Both the position numbers and the translations under genes were made by a program. From the human T2T-CHM13v2.0 reference genome, Homo sapiens, in NCBI RefSeq assembly GCF_009914755.1, contig NC_060925.1: a stretch of DNA of 64,000 nt; one strand, written 5' to 3'. Positions 42,501-55,614 of this stretch are shown piece after piece; the first letter of the stretch is position 1; each line of letters begins with the position of its first letter. A model generated the notes under the pieces. The model worked only from the letters and a program-made list of their open reading frames with translations. It ran no database searches and was not told the origin of the DNA.

Positions 42501-43542
42501 TTTTTTTGGGTGAATATAAAACATTTAATTTTAAAATGTTGACACTATAATGTATGAAATAGCTAGCTATTACAAATGCACATGGTGTATTTTGTAGATA
42601 CCAACTAGACTTTTTTGTTTTAGGAAGCTTTAAGTTACACTGTGGTTAAGACATATCTTCACCCTTGAAAAAGCCCACATTCTATCACTGTGATGTATGG
42701 TCAAACTGAGGCCCAATCGTTAAACACTTGGATCAAATCATAACTAAGTTTATTGCCAAAGGACTTGTACACATTTATTTGTCAATTTTAGTGCCTTAAA
42801 ATCTACCCAGCAGCTCATTAACATATAGAAACATACATCATGAGAACAAGAACTATCACCCATCCCTTCTGTATATTAGCAACTTATCACTCCTGAGCAA
42901 CATCTCATTACTGAGGCCTGTGAACAGTCACTTTTCACATTTGAGTGAAATATGGAATGACTTAAGTATAAATGCAGCTATTATAAGTCATTTCTTACAA
43001 AAATGTCATGAATTAAAGTATTTTACAGCATTTACTACAAAACTCCATAAAAACTGCCTTCACTTAAACTCTCTCTCCCCATATCCAGCAAACCAACTGG
43101 ATGTCTTTGGGCATCTCTTAGCATGGATAGCACACAGAGTAGTGTCTTCCAACACATCCACCAACTATGCCTCACTTGCCTCTGGAAGTACAGGAGAAGC
43201 TTGGTCAATTTCCGGTAATGATGAATTTCTCTAAGCACCAAGGTCTTGGGCCTGTAGTGATGCATTTTTATGATTTTTGTTGTTGTTGTTGTTTTCTTTT
43301 TGTTTTTTTGTTTTGTTTTGTTTTTACCATCGTTAGAGGAGTCTGCTCTTCCTGGAAGCTTTAGTGGCTAGCTGTTTGCAGGAGGCTTCCTCACCAGTGG
43401 ATTTACTAGCAGTCTATTTGGTTTGGGCCATCTTTTACCCAACGCCGAAGTCTTAGGCCACTTCTCCAACTGCTGCACTGCTTCTGCAGTCACCAAGCAA
43501 AGAAAAGATGCTCCTCCGATGAATGACCAAACACTCTGCACC
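42501..43542 (-). pseudogene. H3F3B: Processed pseudogene of histone H3.3B (parent H3F3B/H3-3B) with 5'UTR, disabled CDS (43431 to 43064) and long 3'UTR
   Basis: Minus strand reads M-A-Q-T-K-*-T-A-S-K-S-T-G-E-E-A-S-C-K-Q-L-A-T-K-A..., then HYRPKTLVLREIHHYRK and ...MPKDIQL...GERV*; 3'UTR matches recalled H3F3B (TAAGTGAAGGCAGTTTTTATGG, GTGATAGAATGTGGGCTTTTTCAAGGGTGAAGAT); intronless; ATTAAA plus short A tail; 13-bp TSD TGACACAAAGAAT at 42488-500 and 43543-555. Confidence 0.93.
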
Positions 43543-44119
43543 TGACACAAAGAATGATTTTAAATGTAGATAGTTTTGGTATAACATGCCCAACCATTTT
43601 TACTGTTCAACTTGTCATGTTCAAATGATGAAAAATAAAAATAAAAATAGTTGTATAAGGATCCAGTAAGAGATGTTATCTTGAAACTGTAGTTTGAGTG
43701 ATTTAAGAATTTTGAAGGGTAATTTTGAATGTATCTAATTTTTGCTTTCCTCATTTACTTTAAAACCAAATTCAATTCCTGCTTCTATTTCACTCAGCAC
43801 AGATAAACATACACAGTGCATTTCCACTGTAGTTTCATTTATATTTGAGTAAAGTGGGGCTAAGAGGTATTAAATGACTTGCTCAAAGGCAGTCAACTAG
43901 ACAGGTGTGGCTGGGACCAGTGAGACTTAATATTTTCCTGATTTTAAAGGTTATATTCTAGCATACAATCTAGATTACTTCTAATTTGCCAGCAGTCAAT
44001 ATAGTATTTTTTCCATAGTAGGCGTTTATTAAATATTTCTGATTTAATTAACTGCATTTGAATAGCTAATTGTTAGTGATCTTTTCAATAATTTGCAATG
44101 TGAATTAGTGTAAGGTTAA

Positions 44120-44370
44120 AAGTTACTAGGCTTGTGTTTGAATTGTTGCTCTTGCTAAATATTGCTGTACCACTTAATAACTATTGCTCTGGCACTTATT
44201 GTGTGGCTCCCAAAGCCACACAATAGAATGAAGTATATAAGAATATAAGTGAAGAAAAAGCTTCACTTTCTTCATTTATAAAACCTACCTCGTAGAGTGC
44301 TGTGAGAATTAAAAATAATAAATATAAGATGTAACTATATAGTAAGTATTTGATAAATGGTAGATATTAT
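44120..44370 (+). mobile_element. MIR
   Basis: TTCTTCATTTATAAAACCTACCTCGTAGAGTGCTGTGAGAATTAAA...AGTAAGTATTTGATAAATGGTAG. Confidence 0.65.
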
Positions 44371-45145
44371 TTTCCTTTAGCACACTTGATATTTTTCGTC
44401 TCGAAAATACTGCTATAGAAGATGAATCATTTTTTATGACATCAGAACTAAACAGAATTACTCATCAAACTATACATTTTCTAGATAGATCTATTGAAAG
44501 CATGACACTTAAAAAAATAAGCTAATTATGATGAGCTCTGAATTAAAGACACTGAATCTGCTGTCTCAAGGCTGTTATTATAATCATAAAAGGATAAGAG
44601 TTATTGACAGTCATCCTTCTAGCCATACTATTCATATATATTACCCATACTATTCTAGAGACCTGTGAAAATCTTTGGATTCTATATCCTGGTAAAGATA
44701 TAAATCTACTATCCCAAGACCAGACATGTAAAAATTCCATATCTCATAAATATTTGAGGATATTATATAATCCTATCAAATGAAAATATAAATGAAAGAA
44801 GAACAGATGTAGAATGTTATAGGTATTATATTTAAGAAATAAGGTAGGATCTTAAATTCTCAGAAGTTCTACCCTCTCCTTGGGGTACTTCTTCTCATTA
44901 ATTTAAAAAAATAAATAAATAGTTGCTAATTGTATTATATATACCTAAAAATATATTGCCTTACGAATTTGGGGGCCATTCATATTCATTTAAAAACATG
45001 TTTAAAACAACTAATACTATAAAGAAAGGGAAAAGTCAAGGTACAAAGTGAGAAGATATTTGCAACATGTAAAACAAAAGATTAAAATTCAGAATAAAGA
45101 ACTTTTAAGAGAGAAAGGCAAACCAATCAATGGAAAATAAATGTA

Positions 45146-45481
45146 ATCAGCCTTCTGTATCCATGGGTTCCTCATCCTTGGAATCAACCAACCATGGATT
45201 GAAAATATTAGGGGAAAAAATTCCAGAAAATTCTAGAAATCAAAACTTGAATTTGCTGCATGCTGAGTACTACTTTGAATCCATGCCAGTGAAGTGATAT
45301 AAAAGCGTTGTATTAGGTACTATAAGTAATCTAGAGATGATTTAAAGTATACAAGAGGATGTGCCTGGGCTGTATGCAAATACTACACCATCTTATATAA
45401 GAGACTTAAGCATCCTTGGATTCTGGTACATGGTTGTGCAGATCCTGAAACCGGTTCTCCACAGATACCAAGGGATGACTG
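45146..45481 (-). mobile_element. MER2/MER2B
   Basis: CCTTCTGTATCCATGGGTTC...GATACCAAGGGATGACTG|TA. Confidence 0.8.
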
Positions 45482-45754
45482 TAAAAGACTTCAAGTGAGA
45501 CCTCATAAGAGAGGAAACACAGCTTACTAGTAACTACAACAAAAGGTGTTCAACTTTATTAGTAATTAGGAAAATGCAACTTTAAACCACAAAGAAATAC
45601 TCTTATATACCATCTGATGACTAAACATTAAAAAATGTTGACATTAGTGATGAAGGACATGTAGAGCAATAGGAATTCATTTTTATCTCATGGGACTGTA
45701 AATTGGTAGAAGCCCTTTGAAAAATACCTTGACATTACCTATTAAACATGCTAA

Positions 45755-46371
<617 letters not shown>

Positions 46372-46420
46372 TTAAGACTCGGCAATTTTATTTCTGCCTA
46401 TTTATTCTAGAGAAATTCTT

Positions 46421-48169
46421 CTTTTTAAAAAATTATTATACTTTAAGTTCTAGGGTACATGTGCACAATGTGCAGGTTTGTTACATGTGTATACATGTGC
46501 CATTTTGGTTTGCTGCACCCATTAACTCATCATTTACATTAGGTATTTCTCCTAATGCTATCCTTCCCCCATTCCCCCACCCAATGACAGGCCCCGCTGT
46601 GTGATGTTCCCCGCCCTGTGTCCAACTATTCTCATTGTTCAGTTCCCACCTATGAGTGAGAACATGCAGTGTTTGGTTTTCTGTCCTTGGAATAGTTTGC
46701 TCAGAATGATGGTTTCCAGCTTCATCCATGTCGCTACAAAGGACATGAACTCATCCTTTTTTGTGGCTGCTTAGTATTCCATGGTGTATATGTGCCACAT
46801 TTGCTTAATCCAGTCTATCATTGATGGACATTTGGGTTGGTTCCAAGTCTTTGCTCTTGTGAATAGTGCCACAATAAACATACATGTGCATGTGTCTTTA
46901 TAGTAGCATGATTTATAATCCTTTGGGTATATATATACCCAGTAATGGGATCTCTGGGTCAGATGGTATTCCTAGTTCTAGATCCTTGAGGAATTGCCAC
47001 ACTGTCTTCCACAATGGTTGAACTAGTTTACACTCCCACCAAAAGTGTAAAAGCATTCCTATTTCTCCACATCCTCTCCAGCATCTGGAGGGGGCACTCT
47101 GGTTTTTAGAATTTTCAGCTTTTCTGCTCTGGTTTCTCCCCATCTTTGTGGTTTTATCTAACTTTGGTCTTTGATGATGGTGACCTACAGATGGGGTTTT
47201 GGTGTGGATGTCCTTTTTGTTGATGTTGATGCTATTCCTTTCTGTTTGTTAGTTTTCCTTCTAATAGTCAGGTCCCTCAGCTGCAGGTCTGTTGGAGTTT
47301 GCTGGAGGTCCACTCCAGACCGTGTTTGCCTGGGTATCACCAGTGGAGGCTACAGAACAGCAAATATTGCAGAACAGCAAATATTGCTGCCTGATCCTTT
47401 CTCTGGAAGCTTTGTCTCAGAGGGGCACCTGGTTGTATGAGGTGTCAGTCGGCCCCTGCTGGGAGGTGTCTCCAAGTTAGGCTACCTGGGGGTCAGGCAC
47501 CCACTTGAGGGTGCAATCTGTCCATTCCCAGAGCTCAAACACTGTGCTGGGAGAACTACTGCTCTCTTCAGAGCTGTCAGACAGGAACGTTTAAGTCTGC
47601 AGAAGTTTTTGTTGTGTTTTGTTCAGCTGTGCCCTGCCCCCAGAGGTGGAGTCTACAGAGGCAAGTGGTCCTCATTGAGCTGCGGTGGGCTCCACCCAGT
47701 TCAAGGTTCCTGGCCGCTTTGTTTACCTACTCAAGTAATGGTGGACACCTCCTCCAGCCAGGCTGGCTGCCCTGCAGTTCGATCTGGGACTAGCAGTGAA
47801 CAAGGCTTCGTGGGCGTGGGACCCGCTGAGCCAGGCATGGGATATAATCTCCTGGTGTGCCATTTGCTAAGACCACTGGAAAAGTGCAGTGTTTAGGTGG
47901 CAGTGTCCCGATTTCCTAGTACAGTCTGTCAAGGCTTCCCTTGGCTAGGAAAGGGAAATCCCTCGACACCTTGCGCTTCCCGGGTGAGGTGATGCCCCAC
48001 CCTCCTTCAGCTCGCCCTCCGTGGGCTGTACCCACTTTCTGACCAGTCCCAATGAGATGAACCAGGTACCTCAGTTGGAAATGCAGAAATCACCTGTCTT
48101 CTACGTTGATCATGCTAGGAGCTGCAGACCAGAGCTGTTCCTATTTGGCCATCTTGGAACGGACACCCC
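46421..48169 (-). mobile_element. L1PA7-like element with intact 5'UTR and 3' end but a ~4 kb internal deletion (junction 47086-47087)
   Basis: 5' end GGCCATCTTGG (antisense of CCAAGATGGCC), ORF1 ATG at 47143, then ORF2 C-terminus and 3'UTR; TSD GAGAAATTCTT (46410-20)/GAGGAATTCTT (48170-80). Confidence 0.92.
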
Positions 48170-48445
48170 GAGGAATTCTTAAATATGTGGACCAAGAGAC
48201 ATATATAAAAAAGTTCACAGGAACATTGTTCATAAAACCAAAAAATTGGAGATAACTCAAATGTTCATTATCAGTAGATTGGTTAAATGCTGATAAATTC
48301 ATAAATTGGAATATATTTTACAGTAGTAAAAATGAACTACAGGTACATACAACATTGAATATGTGCACATGTGAATATGTATGTTTCATGACAACCAATC
48401 TTCTGTGTTTTTTTTTGGAGACAAAAATGTTAGGCACAACCACCA

Positions 48446-48888
48446 TGTGATGGTTAATAGTGTCAACTTAATTGGATTGAAGGATGCAAAGTATTGTTCC
48501 CAGGTCTATCTGTGAGGGTGTTGCCAAAGGAGATTAACTTTTGAGTCAGTGGACTGAGAGAGGCAGACCAACCCTCAATCTGGGTGGGCACCATCTAATC
48601 AGCTGCCAGCGTGGCCAGAATAAAAAACAGGCAGAAGATCGTGGAGAGATTAGACTGGCTTAGCCTCCCGGCCTACATCTTTCTCCCATGCTGGATGCTT
48701 CCTGCCCTGAACATCGGGCTCCAGGTTCTTGAGCTCTGGGACTCGGACCAGCTTCCTTGCTCCTCAGCTTGCAGACGGCCTATTGTGGTACCTCGTGATC
48801 GTGTGAGTTAATACTCCTTAATATACTCCCCTTTATATATACATCTGTCCTATTAGCTCTGTCCCTCTAGAGAACCCTGACTAATACA
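48446..48888 (+). mobile_element. MLT2A1-type 5' LTR of HERV-L
   Basis: TGTGATGGTTAATA...GAGAACCCTGACTAATACA, 443 bp, preceded by TSD CACCA. Confidence 0.92.
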
Positions 48889-50630
48889 AATTTTGGTACC
48901 AAGAGTGGTTCTAGAGGAACAGAATATTAAGGATGGAGTTCTTTTGTTGGTTCTGGGGTTTCTGGAGTTGGCTGCTTAATACGAATAGACCCCAAAATGC
49001 TAAGGACGCTACTTCTAATAATGTGGAGAACAGTGATAGTCCTTGGCGTGAACTGTTTAGAGAGTTATGCAAAATAAATGCGTTTGACATTCCTGATGCG
49101 CTGCTCCTGAGAGGCAAAGAGTTTAGCAACTTTATACATAATACCTTTGACCATATATGGAGAACCAAAAAACATAATGAAGTTGGTTAGTTGCTTCTAA
49201 CTGGACCAAGTGATTTAAGAAAATAATGAACTCGGGGCTTCTAACTGCTGGCTTCAGAAGCAGATACTGAGCCTCAAATCTGTTAAGATTGCAGTGATTG
49301 AGAGTCTTATCTCCTGTAGAGAAAGAGTTGAAATTGTGGGAAAACAGACAGAAGCTCTTATGTGAGTGACTGACCTGCAACAAAAGGTGCATGGACAGCC
49401 TCGCCAGGTGTCTACTATTAAAGTGAGGGCATTTACTGGAAAAGAATGGGACCCTGCAACTTGGAATGGTGACGTGTGAGAGGACCCTGACGAAGCTGGG
49501 GACACTGAGCTTGTAAACTCTGATGAACCCTTTTTACCAGAAGAAACAGCTTCCTCATCCCCAGTAGTGGCAGCATCCCCTCCCCAACCCATGCTGCCAT
49601 CATCCTTTCCACCTTTGTTTGAGGAGATATGCTGCCTAAGGCAACAGTGATGGCGTCCCCTGAGGCCGGTGCCTGGCAAGACACCCAGGACCCACCTCCA
49701 ACACCCTGTGAGCTTCTAGACCTATAATTAGACTAAAGTCCCAGCAGGCTCCTAGAGGTGAGGTTCAGAGTGTGACCCACAAGGAGGTGTGCTACACTCG
49801 AAAAAAACTGCTGAGTTCTCTAATTTATATAAGCAGAAATCTGGAGAACAGGCATGGGAATGGATATTAAGGGTGTGGGATGATGGTGGATGGAACGTAG
49901 AGTTGGATCAGGCTGAATTTATCAATTTGGGCCCCCTAAGTAGGGATTCTGCATTTATGTGGCAGCTTGGGGAGTTAAAAAAAGGTTCTAATAGTTCATT
50001 TGCTTGGTTAGGTGAATTGTGAATTAAAAGATGGCCCACTGTGAGTAAGCTGGAAATGCCTAATCTCCCTTGGTTTAATGTAGAGGAAGGGATCCAAGGG
50101 TTTAGGAAGATTGTGATACTGGAGTGGATTAGTCACTTTAGACCTACTCATCCCAGCTGGAAGAGTCCAGAAGCTATACCCTTAGCGAAATGGATTTGTG
50201 AGGGCAGCATCTGCATCTTGGAAGAGCTCCATAGGGATTGCTTTTCTCTGTATGCCAGATCTAACTGTGGGAACTGCAGTCGTTCAACTACAAAATTTAA
50301 ATGCAGTGGGAATAATTGGATTCCAGTGTGGCAGGGGCCAAGTGGTGGCACTCAACTGTCAAAAGCAAGGTAAACATAGCTACCATAATGGACAGCAGAG
50401 GCAAAGCAGCAATCAGAATAGTTTGACTTGTGTAGAGCTCTGCCATTGGCTAATTAATCATGGTGTTTCTAGAAGTGAAACTGATAGAAGCCTACGGCAT
50501 TCCTACTTAATTTATATAAGCAGAAAACGTTCAGGTCAAGTGGACAGAAAACTAATTTGAATTATAAAAACAGAATCATGGCTCCTCAATTTCCAGACTT
50601 GAGCTAGTTTACAGACCCAGAACCCCTTGA

Positions 50631-50903
50631 ATGAAGGGGAGGCCGGGTCCCCTTGAAGAAGGATCCCTCTACCGACAATTTATGTGTAAATCTTTCTCCC
50701 TGCTTCCCCAAAGGGACCTCTGGCCTTTTACCAGAGTAACTGTGCATTGGAGAAAGGGAAATGATCAGACATTTCCGGGACCATTGGACACTGGCTCTGA
50801 GCTGACGTTGATTCCAGGGGACCCAAAACATCACTGTGGTCCTCCAGTTAAAGTAGTGGCTTATGGAGGTCAGGTAATTAATGGAGTTTTAGCTCAGGTT
50901 TGA
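50631..50903 (+). pseudogene. HERV-L aspartic protease remnant
   Basis: LDTGSELTLIPG active-site motif. Confidence 0.8.
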
Positions 50904-51245
50904 CTTACAGTATCCATCGTCAAATGGAAGTGGTATATACATGATCGGGCTTGAGCAGGTCCTGAAGGCACAAGTAAGTTACATGAGGAAGTGGCTCAAA
51001 CGCCCATGGTTTTCACTCCTGCCACCCTGCCTTCTCTCCCCCAGCCTGCACTGATGGCCTCATGGGGAGTTCCCTATGATCAGCTGACAGAGGAAGAGAA
51101 GACTAAGGCCTGGTTCACAGATGGTTCTGCACAATATGCAGGCACCACCTGAAAGTGGACAGCTGCAGCACTACAGCCCCTTTCTAGGACATCCCTGGAG
51201 GATAGCGGTGAAGGAAAATCTTTCCAGTGGGCAGAACTTCAAGCA

Positions 51246-51767
51246 GTGCACCTGGGTGTGCACTTTGCATGGAAGGAGAAGTGGCCAGATGTGTTATTAT
51301 ATACTGAGTCATGGGCTATAGTCAATGGTTTGGCCGGATGGTCAGGGACTTGGAAGAAGCATGATTGGAAAACTGGTGACAAAGAAATCTGGGGAAGAGG
51401 TATGTGGATGGGCCTCTCTGAGTGGTCAAAAACTGTGAAGGTATTTGTATCCCATGTGGGTGCTCACCAAAGGGTGACCTTGGCAGAGGAGGATTTTAAT
51501 AATCAAGTGGATGGGATGACTCGTTCTGTATGCACCACTCAGCCTGTTTCCCCAGCCACCTGTGTCATTGCCCAATGGGCCCATGAACAAAGTGGTCATG
51601 GTGGCAGGGGTGGAGGTTATGCATGGGCTCAGCAACATGGACTTCCACTTACCAAGGCTGACTTGGCCATGGCCACTGCTGAATGCCCAATTTGCCAGCA
51701 GCAGAGACCAAAACTGAGCCCTCAAAATGGCACCATTCCTCTGGGTGATCAGCCAGCTAGTTGGTGA
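51246..51767 (+). pseudogene. HERV-L pol remnant (RNase H C-terminal part and integrase HHCC domain), 173 open codons
   Basis: LYTESWAIVNGL...VSHVGAH...NNQVD...HEQSGH...CPIC; flanked by in-frame stops. Confidence 0.85.
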
Positions 51768-52249
51768 CAGGTCGATTATATTGGACCTCTTCTATCATGG
51801 AAAGGGCAGAGGTTTGTCCTCACTGGAATAGACACTTACTCTGGATAGGGGCTTGCCTATCCTGCACATAATGCTTCTACCAAGACTACCATATGTGGAC
51901 TCAAGGAATGCCTTATCCACTGTCATGGTATTCCACACAGCATTGCCTCTGACCAAGGCACTCACTTTATGGCTAAAGATGTGTGGCAGTGGGCTCATGC
52001 TTATGGAATTCACTGGTCTTACCATGTTCCTCATCATCCTGAAGCAGCTGGATTGATAGAACGGTAGAATGGCCTTTTGAAGTTACAATTACAATGCCAT
52101 CTAGGTGAGAATACTTGGCAAGGCTGGGGCAGAGTTCTCCAGAAGGCTGTGCATGCTCTGAATCGGCATCTAATACATGGTACTGTTTCTTGCATAGCCA
52201 GAATTCACAGGTCCAGGAATCAAGGGATGGAAAAGTGGCACCATTCAGT

Positions 52250-52560
52250 ATCACCCCTAGTGATCCACTAGCACAATTTTTGCTTCCTATTCCTGCAACA
52301 TTATGTTCTGCTGGCCTAGAGGTCTTAGTTCCAGAGGGAAGAACACTGCCACCAGGAGGCACAACAGTGATTCCATTAAACTGGAAGTTAATATTGCCAC
52401 CTGGACACTTTGGGCTCCTCCTACCTTTAAGTTAACAGGCTAAGAAGGAAGTTACTGTGTTGGCTGGGGTGATTGACTGGACTATCAAGATGAAATCAGT
52501 CTACTGCTCCACAATGGAGGTAAGGAAGAGTATGTGTAGAATACAGGAGATCCCTTGGAG
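52250..52560 (+). pseudogene. HERV-L dUTPase remnant
   Basis: SAGLEVLVPEG...IPLNWKLILPPGHFGLLLP followed by a stop and a GVID-like motif, downstream of IN as in ERV-L. Confidence 0.7.
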
Positions 52561-53066
52561 CATCTCTTAGTATTACCATACTCTGTGATTAAGGTCAATG
52601 GGAAACTACAACAGCCCAATCCAGGCAAGACTACAAATGGCCCAGACTCTTCAGGAATGAAGGTTTGGGTCTCTCCACCAGGAAAAAAAACCATGACCTG
52701 CTGAGGTGCTTGCTGAAGGCAAAGGGAATACAGAATTGGTAGTAGTAGAAGAAGGTCATCAATACCAGCTACAACCATGTGGCCAGTTGCAGAAATGAGG
52801 ACCATAATTGTCATGAGTATTTTCTCCTTTTGCTAAAAACATATTTGTACATTTATACACTTGTATTAAGAAAATATCTTCATTGTATCGGCATTTAAGT
52901 GTTGTTAACTTTATGTAATAACATTTGGGTTGGGGATTGGTGCGTCTCTGGTTGTACGAAGGATAGTTGTATTATGTTAGGCATAATTATGACCTTATTA
53001 TTGTGTTTATTTGGAGATTATGATCTCAGGAGATGCATATGGGTTCAGGTTGACAAGGGGTGGACT

Positions 53067-53095
53067 TGTGATAGTTAATATTGATGGTTAATACA
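53067..53095 (+). mobile_element. Vestigial 29-bp 3' LTR of HERV-L
   Basis: TGTGATAGTTAATATTGATGGTTAATACA directly after the PPT, followed by TSD CACCA (53096-100). Confidence 0.85.
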
Positions 53096-53693
53096 CACCA
53101 GGAGGTTCATGAGAGGAAGCCAGGCACTGCACTAAGTAAGTGAAGCCTTATACTAACACTATTCATCTCTGTATCTTTGATAGTTTGACCCTGTTCCTCA
53201 AGGATACATAGTATGCCATACCCTTCTTAGGCAGCTACACAGACTGGAGTATTTTATATTTTAAAAGTGATACCCAGAACAAAACTACTTGCTGATGTTG
53301 ATGATGGAATTAAATAACTGAAAGATGGTTCGTAAGCCAAATATTGAAATTTTGCATAAATTAAAAAGCAAAACATTGAAATCTGAAACACCCTGACTTT
53401 AAGATTTGAGTAAATCCATCCTATATTCTGTACAGAAAGAATCAAAGCAATGTATGAAATTGTTTCACAGGTTTTTTCAATTATGTACAAAATGCTTATA
53501 AAGTTAAAAGGTGCATCATTTGCCACTTAATTTCAATTGTGATTTAGCGTGTGCTTTCTTCCAGAAAATGAAATACAATGGTATTTCATAATCAGAGGAA
53601 AATGTGAAGGCTTCCAAATTCATTCCTTGACCATAACTAGGATCTACCATATATCCATCATAAAAAAGAGAAAAGAATTATTAGAATTACTAG

Positions 53694-54026
<333 letters not shown>

Positions 54027-54196
54027 CAGAAAATTGTTTATAGAAAAATACATGCTTGTGTGAATTAACAGGCTATACCAGATCTTAGAGAAATTTTTAT
54101 AAAGTGACTTTTTCTTGAGTGCTTTAATTAAAAGCCAAAAGCAGAGTCATGGGTCACCAACCTTGTTAACAATAATTTTTTAAAAAGACTCTTATG

Positions 54197-54525
<329 letters not shown>

Positions 54526-55614
54526 TCACTTTAGATGTATACGTCCTCACCAACCACTTACTTCTTAGCCTATAGGAACTTGCCACCCATACTTACCATT
54601 TTATTGAAATTACAAATTTCCTAGCTGATAAATCTAATGGCAACTTTTAACTCCACAACATTATTGACTTCTATGTGACATTACGGACCATCCTCTCCTT
54701 GAAATTCTTTTTTCCTCTGGTTTCCTTGACATTGTTATCCTGACACTCTGACTGTTCTTCAGCTTTCTTCCTTAGCTCAAGTCCTTTGCCCTTCTCTTAA
54801 ATAGAGAATTCTTTTTGGTGTATTTATCTTGCTCTGTGTACTCTGTCCTCTCTGAACTCCTGTCTACCCAGAAAAGCCATCTTGAGACGAAAGTTTCAGG
54901 AAAGATAGAGGTGAAGAAAGCGAGACAGGAAAGAGGGGTAGCATTCTGTTTTGTTCTTATACAAAGATCCCATTTGAGAGACCAAATGGCTAAAGTATAT
55001 TCCTTTCTAGTATTTCCTTCACCTTCCCATCCACTACCAGATCTTGCTACACTGATCCTGTCTTGTATAGTCAAGCTTTCCCTTTCTACTAGTTAAAACT
55101 CTCAGCTAAGGATTATTGATAATAGGTGTGACACTTGACACTTGCTATGTTATCTCAATCAATGTTTATAACAACTCTATGAGAAAAGTATTTTCATCTT
55201 CCAGATGAGGAAGAAGGTTAAGTGACAAGCCAAAATATAGTTGCATGGCTAATAAGGAATAGAACTAATACTGGGCATAGAAAGCTTCCTGGCTGCAAAG
55301 TCCTTGTTCTTTACAGTTCATCACTGTCTTCTTTATCAATTTTTCCATCCTAGTCACTACTCTTTGGTGAAAGCCTTAAATTTTTTATGTCCCTTGAACC
55401 AGTAATTTTAACAATATACCTGAGAAAAGTAAAGATTTGACAAAGATCTATATTAACATTTTTTATAATGTTACTTCTAACAGTAAAAACAAAGCAAACA
55501 AATGAAAAACTTGGAGTAACCTTTAAAAAAAAGTTCATCAATAGTGGAATGGCTGAATAAATTATGGTACTCCACTCAATGTAATGTAATTCAGACATTA
55601 AAAGTAATGATCTC

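Larger units (their letters stand above)
48889..53066 (+). mobile_element. HERV-L internal region: PBS, gag, pro, RT largely deleted, RNase H, integrase, dUTPase, PPT; all disabled
   Basis: PBS TGGTACCAAGAGTGG at 48894; gag-like YKQKSGEQAWEWILRVWD; protease LDTGSELT; IN zinc finger HEQSGH...CPIC; dUTPase-like IPLNWKLILPPGHFGLL; PPT GACAAGGGGTGGAC. Confidence 0.93.

Noticed and set aside
43035-43265. 76-aa ORF as a novel histone variant
   Set aside because: Only the first ~28 residues are H3-like before a frameshift; the true start is followed by a stop at codon 6 and the histone fold is deleted.
47080-47095. L1 junction as a canonical splice product
   Set aside because: The upstream ORF1 sequence offers no GT donor at the join and the CAG is retained, which fits microhomology deletion better.
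51246-51767. Longest ORF (173 aa) as a domesticated retroviral gene
   Set aside because: It starts at a non-ATG codon in mid-RNase H, is bounded by stops, and the rest of pol is disrupted; it is a residual open stretch of a decayed HERV-L.
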